Virus record (IMG/VR): IMGVR_UViG_3300032032_000001
Coordinates: 64,001 to 128,000 of that record
Source of the DNA: a virus
Length of the DNA stretch: 64,000 bases
Strand: one strand, 5' to 3'
Below are positions 45,903 through 53,907 of the stretch, piece by piece; within the stretch, counting starts at the first letter, position 1; each line of letters starts with the position of its first letter. The position numbers and the translations under genes are program-made. The notes beneath the pieces are model-generated. The model saw only the letters and a list, made by a program, of their open reading frames with translations. It made no database searches and was not told the DNA's origin.

Positions 45903-46526
45903 TCAGATTGGGAGGGGTTTTCGTTTATGCTCCCTCTTGAGGAACCTAATCGCACGCAGAACGGCTCGTTGATACCTAGCCGGTCTACTACATTTACGGA
46001 CGCACTTGTCGAAGAACTCTTTGTCCTCGATAGCCCCGCATCTATTTTTTTCGATACACTGGTTCATCCGGACCTTCCAGCCCTGACCTCCGTTGTAACA
46101 AGCGTAGGCGTTCCTACCTCTACACTGCTTGTAGTTATTTCTGAATAAGAGCAGTATACGAATACCAGCCTTCACATTGACCGGTATATGTAACATTTCC
46201 TTTTCACAATTAACTACACCAAACTCTCTCTTGAGTCTCTTGCGGTGTATGCGACAGTTGACCTGTATAACCCCATAATCTCCCGTATGGCTTACAGCCC
46301 TAGGGGTGAGATTGGATTCAACAATACCTATGGCGAGGATCTCAAACGGATCAACCCCATCAGGGATGTGCTTTACGATTTCTTTCACAACCAGACGCTG
46401 CCTATCAGACAGCTTCTTCGGAGGCTTTCTACCAGACCCACTATAGTTCTGGGCGTACGCCAGACTACAGGTGATCATAAGAAAAAAAGTAATTAAAGAA
46501 ACAACCAGACGTAGTTTAGATCTCAT
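45903..46526 (-). CDS. Lytic transglycosylase (SLT domain) with signal peptide/TM
   Basis: IVESN catalytic Glu, DYGVIQVN, NVKAGI, CYNGG; hydrophobic N-terminus. Confidence 0.82.
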   Translation of the reverse strand: MRSKLRLVVSLITFFLMITCSLAYAQNYSGSGRKPPKKLSDRQRLVVKEIVKHIPDGVDPFEILAIGIVESNLTPRAVSHTGDYGVIQVNCRIHRKRLKREFGVVNCEKEMLHIPVNVKAGIRILLLFRNNYKQCRGRNAYACYNGGQGWKVRMNQCIEKNRCGAIEDKEFFDKCVRKCSRPARYQRAVLRAIRFLKREHKRKPLPI

Positions 46527-46991
46527 TTCAAAAATCTCCGCGCTAATAATTATACTCCACACAAGCAGGGGGGCGACATATTACACGCCACCACCCCTAC
46601 TTGTACAGAGATCTCACCTTGCTTCAGCAAAAGGCGAACCCTAGCCACTCCTTGAGGGACCCCTCGGGGTAATCGAAGAAGTATGGATTGAGAGTTCGGG
46701 GGATTCTTGTCTAACCGATGTCGCTTGTCCTTCTACGAAGAAACAAGGTATTACCAGAAGACTGGAAAATCCCTCCCGCTCAGCCCTGTCTTTCCAGGCA
46801 GTCATCCTAAGATAGTTTCGCAGACCTAAGTCTGTTTCCCTGCGTCCTAAGAAACGCCTTAGACAACTCTCCAATATAACGAATCTGCTCACGGTGCACT
46901 CGCGTCAGCCCAGGTCATATAGTCTAATTGCCTAACAAAACTATTATACCCAACTATTATTACAGTTTGCATGTAGATATTAGCGCGTAAT

Positions 46992-47288
46992 TTATTTCAT
47001 TTTATCTGTTTCAAAAACAGAGTCTATTACTTGATGAAGGAGGACACCGAAAACTTGTATGCTTTGGTGCTCCATATCGGCCTCACCGAAGAAGTTTAGA
47101 GCTTCCATCACCTCGTGCCAAAATGTCTCCCAGTACAGGGACCCACTCAGGGAATCATCAATAGTTATAGTTAGTTCTGTGGGATCAAACATGCCGTAAG
47201 CTTCGGCGTGCTCCATTAGATTTTTACGTCTAACAACTTTGAGAGTGTGCCCTCCCACACGTATCTTCTTAGGTAACTTGTTTTTCAC
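46992..47288 (-). CDS. Small zincin-like (HExxH-variant) phage protein
   Basis: YGMFD...ITID...ETFWHEVMEA. Confidence 0.55.
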   Translation of the reverse strand: MKNKLPKKIRVGGHTLKVVRRKNLMEHAEAYGMFDPTELTITIDDSLSGSLYWETFWHEVMEALNFFGEADMEHQSIQVFGVLLHQVIDSVFETDKMK

Positions 47289-47460
47289 AGGGACCCTCCA
47301 CGAGTTATATTAACGGTGAGGGTCCTGACTAATTACCAGAGAAGTGCGAGCCTATTGATATTCGAACATCCCCCTTAGCGATACTAAGATGAATGGCCGT
47401 TGCCAAACAGAGAGCAGCTAGAGCGAGCAACCACTTAATTTTCCGCACAGAACACCAAAC

Positions 47461-47754
47461 CTAACCTAGTTCGCGCAAACCGTTCTGCGTTTTTGCATAC
47501 GCGTTGGCGAACTCTATTAGCTTAACGGCTTCGGCGTCCGCGTAGTAGCTCTTGTCCAAAGTGCACAAATGCTTGTGTAAAACGCGGGCTGCCTCAAAGA
47601 GTTCAATACTTTTAGGATCATACGACCTAGGCATTAACCCTACATCTAAGAGATTATGGAAAAACCCCTGTAATACCTCAGCTTTATAATCGTCTAATTC
47701 TGACAAATGTGCGTATTTTTCGAAGTCGCGGTTTATAGAATCTTTAGTACTCAT
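47461..47754 (-). CDS. Hypothetical protein
   Basis: 97-aa ORF coupled to the upstream gene. Confidence 0.6.
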   Translation of the reverse strand: MSTKDSINRDFEKYAHLSELDDYKAEVLQGFFHNLLDVGLMPRSYDPKSIELFEAARVLHKHLCTLDKSYYADAEAVKLIEFANAYAKTQNGLRELG

Positions 47755-48470
47755 TAGGATAACTCTCCTTCGTTCACACGTATCATGTGCTCAACCTCGT
47801 CTGCACAGAATTCAAATAGTGGATTTCCGTTCTGGTCCTTTGCATCCGCTTCGTCCGACAACTCAGCCAGAACGTTTCCGTCCAGAACCTTCTTGTAACC
47901 AGCGAACCACATGCCAAGCTCTGAGTACTCACAGAGCATCGTCAGCTTAGGCCAATCCAGGGACACCGTATCCATCCACTCAAGTGGCGGACCCCACGCC
48001 GTATCAAACGATACGTACAAGCCCTCGTCCCCTTGTTTGTATGTGATGCTTAGGCCCCCGTCTTTCGTAGGAACATCCCATTTCGTGCCCCAATTTGCGA
48101 TAGCCCAGCCGTACCAGCTTTTGAACCCGTATGCCTCCAAGTTGTACTTGTAGAGGTCAGCGTCCTTTTTCGTGAACCTAGGTTTGTCTTGCGCCTCGAA
48201 GAGCGCGATTAATTTTTCACGAACTTCTGGATCATCCTTAGCAATTCCACTCTCCTTAATATCTACCCAACCAAACGCATAGTCGGGTATTTCGCCATAA
48301 TAAAGATTGTACGAGAACTCATCTGTTCCCTTCGAAGCTTCTTTAAGCGACTCCGGCATCGGAAATAGTGCTGACAAGAGCCCTTCCGAGTTTTCTATCT
48401 TAGAAACAAAAAGGGCCAACTCTTCAGCTGGCCCCTTTACAGTTAATTCGTTGCTACACCAATTTGGCAT
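47754..48470 (-). CDS. DUF1281/YubB (Api92-like ferredoxin-fold) protein
   Basis: MPNWCSNELTVKG, WYGWAIANWGTKWD, FDTAWGPP, YSELGMWFAG. Confidence 0.8.
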   Translation of the reverse strand: MPNWCSNELTVKGPAEELALFVSKIENSEGLLSALFPMPESLKEASKGTDEFSYNLYYGEIPDYAFGWVDIKESGIAKDDPEVREKLIALFEAQDKPRFTKKDADLYKYNLEAYGFKSWYGWAIANWGTKWDVPTKDGGLSITYKQGDEGLYVSFDTAWGPPLEWMDTVSLDWPKLTMLCEYSELGMWFAGYKKVLDGNVLAELSDEADAKDQNGNPLFEFCADEVEHMIRVNEGELS

Positions 48471-48947
48471 AATTCCTCCATGTTTGTTTTTTTGATTATC
48501 TATCCTCTCCGTCCCACACAGCCATGTGTAGTCCGTACACGTCAATAGAGCCTAGGTGGCTCGGTGGTCCCGACCGCCTTCTTCTCTGCTCTTTTTTCTC
48601 TACCCTGGCTCCACGAATCTCTTCAAGAAGAGACCGAGCCTGGGCCACAGACATAATGAATGTGCTTACGTTTTCATGGGTATTTCGAACTTCATCGAGC
48701 ATACACTCGATCTCTACGTCACTCAGGTAGTTCACAAAACTTAACACTCCACAGAACCTTTTGCTCACCCTCGTCCAGGGTGAATACACGGACTCCGTTG
48801 TTATCAACAGACACCGAAAGTTCTCTGTTGTTGTTAGCTGATCTATTAGGAAGGATGTCTACACGTCTACTGTCGTGGGCTTCCCCACTCTCTCCAAGAT
48901 ACACGGTAAGGTTCTTTTCGAGTTCGGCAGTCATTTGTGATCTCCAA

Positions 48948-49553
48948 TCAATTATGTAGGTCAACAGCTACGAGCCATTGCTGGCTTGGCTTTTCCTCAC
49001 ACCTTGTGTCAATGCCGGTTCGCCAACAGCAATGCTCTTGGCCATCAAGCAATGGCGTATCGAAAGTGTATCTCCCCATAGCGAGATCACACAAGTTCTT
49101 CATGTAATAAGCAGCCATGGATTCATCACCAAGTGACTGGATGTCCCTCGGAACCCGCTCCCACTCCATAAGTCTACTGAACGCCATACCGAAGTTTTTA
49201 TTACTTTCAGTTACGCGCTTCGCGTATTCTTCCTTATCCTGGACAGGGAACCCTAGCGGCCCGGTGTCATCTACGTCTTCGGCATGGATAGCGTTACCCA
49301 TAACCTTGTCCCTACAGTCTTTGTACGAAGCGTCCATGCGCTCGTACGCTTGCTCTATGGTTTTGTTCCATAGCTCTGGGTCATCTTCGTACTTGAGGAC
49401 ATTCTTACCACCGAGGATTCCATCCCAGCGTCCCCCAATGGCGTACCAATCCCAGCACTGCCCATCACCGTATGGCTCAAGGGCACCCTCTGCGGCCATG
49501 ATGGCCTCTTCTTCTGTTTCCGCCTCTACGGCGATAAAGTGTACGGTATGCAT
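48948..49553 (-). CDS. Conserved phage hypothetical protein
   Basis: WDWYAIGGRWDG and terminal WLVAVDLHN motifs; AAGGAG RBS. Confidence 0.7.
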   Translation of the reverse strand: MHTVHFIAVEAETEEEAIMAAEGALEPYGDGQCWDWYAIGGRWDGILGGKNVLKYEDDPELWNKTIEQAYERMDASYKDCRDKVMGNAIHAEDVDDTGPLGFPVQDKEEYAKRVTESNKNFGMAFSRLMEWERVPRDIQSLGDESMAAYYMKNLCDLAMGRYTFDTPLLDGQEHCCWRTGIDTRCEEKPSQQWLVAVDLHN

Positions 49554-49575
49554 AAGCAACCTCCTTATTAGGTTT

Positions 49576-49863
49576 CTAGTCGTCATTTTCTTCTGTTAAT
49601 TCTTTTGGCTCTATGCCGTTATTCACAATAACATCGACTTCGTTCTGTGTCTCGATCCATAGTCGAGCGCCGCAGCTTAGGGGCTTGTGTGGGCGATATA
49701 TAACCCTCGCAGCCTCCTCCCCGTCTTGCCCGTAGATCACAGCTTCATGGCCGTAGTCGTTGCTTTTGTATGTTTTCACCGTTATCACGGGCTCAGCACC
49801 ACAACCGTCAGATTTTATGTTTCTGCGGATAGCGTGCTGGTTAACATGTATAACTGTTTTCAT
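49576..49863 (-). CDS. Conserved phage hypothetical protein
   Basis: MKTVIHVNQHAIRRN...VITVKTYKSN...KPLSCGARLWIET. Confidence 0.7.
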   Translation of the reverse strand: MKTVIHVNQHAIRRNIKSDGCGAEPVITVKTYKSNDYGHEAVIYGQDGEEAARVIYRPHKPLSCGARLWIETQNEVDVIVNNGIEPKELTEENDD

Positions 49864-49884
49864 ATAGACTCCCCCTAACCAAAG

Positions 49885-49961
49885 TGGCACCCCCTGGAGG
49901 ATTCGAACCTCCGACCCTCGGCTTAGAAGGCCGATGCTCTATCCAGCTGAGCTAAGGGGGC
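49885..49961 (-). tRNA. tRNA-Arg(UCU)
   Basis: GCCCCCTTAGCTCAGCTGGATAGAGCATCGGCCTTCTAAGCCGAGGGTCGGAGGTTCGAATCCTCCAGGGGGTGCCA; cloverleaf with encoded CCA. Confidence 0.95.
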
Positions 49962-49975
49962 TTTAGGGGTGGACA

Positions 49976-50449
49976 CTATGATGAAATCTTGGCCCTTGTC
50001 TCCGGCGAGGAGAGGTCCAAGAAGGATATTTCACCACTTAGGATCTTGGGTGTCCAGTTACCGTTTAGCTTTTCACTGAAGAAGCTAAGCGACATCTTCT
50101 TCCCACCCTTTTCCAGGATAGAGAACGCTCTAAGTAGCGCACTATCATTCGAGATAATCATTACCTTTTCGTGATCAGACAGCGCTGCCCACACACCTAA
50201 CTCCACCGAGAAGTTGGGCTTTGTGTTGAAATCATAAATATGCAACGTTACCCCAAGACCCTCAAGCCTCTTCAGAAATTTGGTTTGAGATTGGTTTTTA
50301 GGATCCGCGATAGAGAACGCGTGTATCTCTACAGCATCCTCACTATCGGATTGGGACCGAAGCCATTCGATGAGGCTTTCGTAATTAACGGTGATATTGA
50401 TTTCACGTATTGCGAAATACAATGAGCTAAGATCTACACATACCAGCAT
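49976..50449 (-). CDS. NYN/LabA (PIN-like) domain protein
   Basis: LVCVDLSSLY, VNYESLIEWL, MIISNDS, GKKMSL; some catalytic acidic residues appear degenerate. Confidence 0.6.
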   Translation of the reverse strand: MLVCVDLSSLYFAIREINITVNYESLIEWLRSQSDSEDAVEIHAFSIADPKNQSQTKFLKRLEGLGVTLHIYDFNTKPNFSVELGVWAALSDHEKVMIISNDSALLRAFSILEKGGKKMSLSFFSEKLNGNWTPKILSGEISFLDLSSPETRAKISS

Positions 50450-50459
50450 GGGCTGCTCC

Positions 50460-50708
50460 TTACACCGCCCACGGAAGATTTTCTTTTGAGATCTCTACAG
50501 CGTATGTGCTTTCATCAGAAAACACCGCCCCAACCTCATCAACCGTCATAGGCGTTTTAATAGTCGAATTATCGAAGTGGATAACCGAGCCCCTCCTACA
50601 GGACTCCACCCACAGAATATTATTAATGTTAACCAAAGCTTCTGCGTCAGAAGAAGCCCCAATTTTTTCCAGCGGATCGTTTTTGCAAAGAGGAATCTTC
50701 TTAAGCAT
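50460..50708 (-). CDS. Small FlbD-like hypothetical protein
   Basis: LVNINNILWVES...SVIHF...TVDEV pattern. Confidence 0.45.
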   Translation of the reverse strand: MLKKIPLCKNDPLEKIGASSDAEALVNINNILWVESCRRGSVIHFDNSTIKTPMTVDEVGAVFSDESTYAVEISKENLPWAV

Positions 50709-51351
50709 CTGTCTTCACCCTCCCCACCATCCAATCAGCAACCGCCTTGGCTGCTGCGCTGTATTGGAACCCACGCCCCATCTTTTGATCGTATTCAACC
50801 CCAAGGTCGTTCGCAAGCGCACATATTACTTCAAGACCGTACACCGCGTCCATGGACTCTACAATTTTACCGTTACGAAAGATGGCCCCCTTAGGGCTCC
50901 AACAGGAAACCTCTCGGATATCCTTGCACATCAACTGAGACACGATTTCCTCGGCCCAGCCTATTTCATCAATATCACCGGCACGCATCCCACCAGACTC
51001 GTTGATGAGTCCTTTGACGCTCTCCGCGATCACTTCGACGGCTTCGTAATTAAGGGTTCTTTGGCTCACATGGGTCTGGGTAAACCCAGAAACAATGTCT
51101 TCTGGCAGCCCTGCTTCAATGTAAGCGTCTGGTTCGAATAGTGTGTGGCCATCGCCAATCGCCACTACCTTCTCAATTGTTTCGTTGGACAGCTTTTCTG
51201 CCCATCCTTTTGAAAGTGTCATATGACTCTCCTTTTTCTGTTTTATTTCTTCGTAATAAATTCCCACTGGGGATTCCCAGCAGTATGGACAATTTGGGGT
51301 GTCTCTTAAAAAAGCGTGCCCACAACTAAAGCACCTTATCACTTGGTTCAT
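50701..51351 (-). CDS. Hypothetical protein with N-terminal Zn ribbon (alternative start at 51222)
   Basis: CFSC...CPYC; an internal AAGGAG RBS precedes MTLSKG. Confidence 0.6.
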   Translation of the reverse strand: MNQVIRCFSCGHAFLRDTPNCPYCWESPVGIYYEEIKQKKESHMTLSKGWAEKLSNETIEKVVAIGDGHTLFEPDAYIEAGLPEDIVSGFTQTHVSQRTLNYEAVEVIAESVKGLINESGGMRAGDIDEIGWAEEIVSQLMCKDIREVSCWSPKGAIFRNGKIVESMDAVYGLEVICALANDLGVEYDQKMGRGFQYSAAAKAVADWMVGRVKTDA

Positions 51352-51472
51352 TTTTAGCCACTACATGCCTTGAACATTCTGGGCAACTACGTATAGGTAC
51401 GCCACGTTTTAGCTTAGTCCTATAGAGCGCCCCGCATCCGGGACATTTAATCGAGACTACTTTTTTAGCCAT
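51326..51472 (-). CDS. 48-aa Zn-ribbon microprotein (not in the supplied ORF track)
   Basis: MAKKVVSIKCPGCGALYRTKLKRGVPIRSCPECSRHVV...; GGAGG upstream. Confidence 0.55.
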   Translation of the reverse strand: MAKKVVSIKCPGCGALYRTKLKRGVPIRSCPECSRHVVAKNEPSDKVL

Positions 51473-51559
51473 AAGGCTTCATTTCCCTCCACTCTTTTTT
51501 GTAATAAAATGAGGCATCTGTTTAGCTAATCGCGCATCCTCGCCACAAAGCTACCATCG

Positions 51560-51715
51560 GCGGGCGGTGCTCCCCCATGCCTCCCTGCGGGTTTGAGAGA
51601 GCCTACAATATTGCTCCGGGCCGAAGTCGGTGTTCGGCGGGAGCAGACCCAGTGGTGGCGCATGGGAAAAATCGCGCCCACTTCCGACACAGGGTTTTTG
51701 CTGGCTGGCTCTCAT
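51560..51715. ncRNA. Candidate structured ncRNA with nested helices and pseudoknots
   Basis: Several complementary blocks in a GC-rich intergenic segment next to the tRNA cluster (detailed in findings). Confidence 0.5.
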
Positions 51716-51812
51716 CTTCTCTCCACGGAGATAAGTTAATAATACTTTATTACAAGCCTGTGTAAAATACCCTGTTTTACTACTTCTATCAAAGACCCTA
51801 GGTATAAAAATA

Positions 51813-51888
51813 TGGTGGGCCGCCTGGGACTTGAACCCAGAACCTGCGGATTAAAAGTCCGATGCTCTACCTGTTGAGCTAACGGCCC
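51813..51888 (-). tRNA. tRNA-Lys(UUU)
   Basis: GGGCCGTTAGCTCAACAGGTAGAGCATCGGACTTTTAATCCG...GTTCAAGTCCCAGGCGGCCCACCA. Confidence 0.95.
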
Positions 51889-51901
51889 TGTACAAGTTAG
51901 G

Positions 51902-51987
51902 TGGTGGGGCTGGAGGGACTCGAACCCTCAATCCCATAGGGCGTCAGATTTTAAGTCTGATGCGTATACCAATTCCGCCACAGCCCC
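51902..51987 (-). tRNA. tRNA-Leu(UAA)
   Basis: GGGGCTGTGGCGGAATTGGTATACGCATCAGACTTAAAATCTGA + long variable arm + GTTCGAGTCCCTCCAGCCCCACCA. Confidence 0.95.
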
Positions 51988-51997
51988 TAGCGATACA

Positions 51998-52366
51998 CTA
52001 ATTCATGTACCCTTTGTCGGGTTTTGGCATGTTCGCTAACATTTGCTCAGCAAGCTCGTCTTTAGTCATTGGGCGTCGCTCTTCTGCGAGCCCACTATCA
52101 ATAATTATGTCCTTGAGCATCTCAAGCTTTTTGTGATGTTCCTCAAGAGTTTCGCACATGGACCCCATCAGGTTTGCGATGGATGGGAACTTCTCCTGAA
52201 AAGCAGCCGCCTCCCTCATATGGGAAGTCAGCCCCTCAAGCATGGGAACGACACTGCTTAAATCGTCGTCATCCTCACCGCTTTCGGACTTCTCTTTAAT
52301 GAAGCTAGTGAACTGCTCCATAATTTCAATAAGGTTAATCTCTTCTACTTCGCCCTTTTTACTCAT
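51998..52366 (-). CDS. Acidic helical hypothetical protein
   Basis: 122 aa with GGAGG RBS, located between tRNA genes. Confidence 0.65.
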   Translation of the reverse strand: MSKKGEVEEINLIEIMEQFTSFIKEKSESGEDDDDLSSVVPMLEGLTSHMREAAAFQEKFPSIANLMGSMCETLEEHHKKLEMLKDIIIDSGLAEERRPMTKDELAEQMLANMPKPDKGYMN

Positions 52367-52397
52367 AAGACCTCCAGATGTGATGAGTGTTTTGTTG

Positions 52398-52494
52398 TGG
52401 TACGCCCGGTGGGACTCGAACCCACGACCTTGCGCTTATCAGGCGCTAATACGAGGTATAAGCTCGCTGCTCTAACCAACTGAGCTACGGGCGC
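52398..52494 (-). tRNA. Atypical 97-nt tRNA-Ile with two anticodon-like arms (UAU and GAU)
   Basis: GCGCCCG TA GCTC-AGTTGGTTA-GAGC A GCGAG-CTTATAC-CTCGT ATTA GCGC-CTGATAA-GCGC A AGGTC GTGGG-TTCGAGT-CCCAC CGGGCGT A CCA. Confidence 0.85.
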
Positions 52495-52677
52495 GTAGTT
52501 CACCTACAGGCTCCGTATAAGATGGATAGCTACAGCCAAAATGCCGCTGAATAGGATGATGGGTATCCGAGAGCGGAAGTGCTCTCTCCAATCAAACTGT
52601 TTCATATTCCTCCGGATATCTAAGACACTAAATTGTGACTCAATCTGCTTATACCTCATAAGGTCAACCTCTTGCGG

Positions 52678-53058
52678 TCAGTCTTCATCGTCGGTTACGA
52701 CTGGTAGCTTTTTCGCACATAGGTTTGCGTACTCTTTATACAGGTGTTTTTTCGCGTCCTCTGACCGAGCGCCTTCAAATATAAGCTCAAGCGCCATGGA
52801 GGACAACATGTGGGAGTAGCACCCACAGTTCTCAGAGCATGGGAAGTTATCTTTCTCCAAGCTCTCTTTACAATCCTCGTTGAATTTTCCACGATAACGG
52901 GTTGCCATATTTATGCTGGAGATGGCAACGATTAGATCTTGGACGCAATCCTCGTTCACAGAGAGCGTCTCTATTTCCTCCTCCACCACCTTTCGGGTCG
53001 GGAAGGGTATTATTTTGGCAGTAGTGCCCTTGGGCTGTTTTTCGTCTTCTGACATCAC
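52678..53058 (-). CDS. Hypothetical protein
   Basis: AKIIPFP N-terminal motif; Cys cluster. Confidence 0.6.
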   Translation of the reverse strand: MMSEDEKQPKGTTAKIIPFPTRKVVEEEIETLSVNEDCVQDLIVAISSINMATRYRGKFNEDCKESLEKDNFPCSENCGCYSHMLSSMALELIFEGARSEDAKKHLYKEYANLCAKKLPVVTDDED

Positions 53059-53282
53059 TTCATCCCTTTAGGGTTATCGACCGGAGTCACTCTCCGGAGA
53101 CTGCCACATTTTAACCCCGTTACGGGGTCGGGTAACAGAGGCCAGATTACTGTCTAATAATGGGGTCCCATAGATATATTTCATAACACGCACTCTCGAT
53201 TATTAACGAGTATACACCGGTGTTTGTGGACATCTGTATATCAACAACGAAACCTGTAGAGTCCCCAGTAATTTCAAACCCT

Positions 53283-53296
53283 TTGTTGGTATAAGC
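53283..53296 (+). promoter_or_regulatory. Extended -10-like promoter TTGTTGGTATAAGC
   Basis: Identical 14-mer also at 55982-55995; each copy precedes an isolated + strand gene. Confidence 0.55.
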
Positions 53297-53344
53297 CAGA
53301 TGAAGGCAAATAACTGTCTTCACCACAACCAAGTAGGAGCAACT

Positions 53345-53869
53345 ATGATTGTTGATTTTGAGGTGGTTAAAACCACAACGTTCGGTAGATTTTTAGCAGC
53401 ATCGTTCCAAGACGCGCTGCGCCAGCTAATGGAGGGCCCCGAGCCTGGGGATCCATCCTCCCTGGATATGAGTGCGCTTGATATTGGCGTAACCCTCAAC
53501 GGTCGGGATCTCGACATCCGTAGGGTGTTTAGCTCATTTGGGTCCGGGAGCAGCACTCCGGAGCAGCAGAGCAATGAAACCCGCCCCCCTATGCCCTCTG
53601 AGATTGTTGTCTCACGTGAATGGCTACGCAACTTAGCGGATAATGTTCAGACCGCCTACGACGAAACGCACTCCGTGGACAGCTATGTGTACGATCAATT
53701 CTATGACGGCGCTTCCGCAGCAGCGTCTGTTGTAACCGCTGATGTAGAAGAGGCTGCCCGAGAGGCGGCGTCTGACCACAGTCCCGGAGACTCGGCCAAT
53801 TATGAGGTACGAGAATCATTGGGTCAAGCGCGGGCAGACATAGACAGTATGCTGGAGGGTGTTGGGTAA
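53345..53869 (+). CDS. Acidic hypothetical protein
   Basis: AGGAG RBS upstream of ATG 53345. Confidence 0.65.
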   Translation: MIVDFEVVKTTTFGRFLAASFQDALRQLMEGPEPGDPSSLDMSALDIGVTLNGRDLDIRRVFSSFGSGSSTPEQQSNETRPPMPSEIVVSREWLRNLADNVQTAYDETHSVDSYVYDQFYDGASAAASVVTADVEEAAREAASDHSPGDSANYEVRESLGQARADIDSMLEGVG

Positions 53870-53905
53870 AAAATTGTGGGGGGCTTTACACCCCCCACTT
53901 TTTTT
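53870..53905. terminator. Bidirectional intrinsic terminator
   Basis: AAAAATT-GTGGGGGG-CTTTACA-CCCCCCAC-TTTTTTT between convergent genes. Confidence 0.8.
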
Positions 53906-53907
53906 AA

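Noticed and set aside
51540-51730. tmRNA, RNase P RNA or cobalamin riboswitch
   Set aside because: No tRNA-like ends or tag ORF, no GAGGAAAGUCC motif and no B12-box were found.
52431-52467. Canonical tRNA intron or self-splicing intron
   Set aside because: The insert is only 20 nt, and removal at position 37/38 leaves an unpaired anticodon stem (GCGAG/GCGCA).
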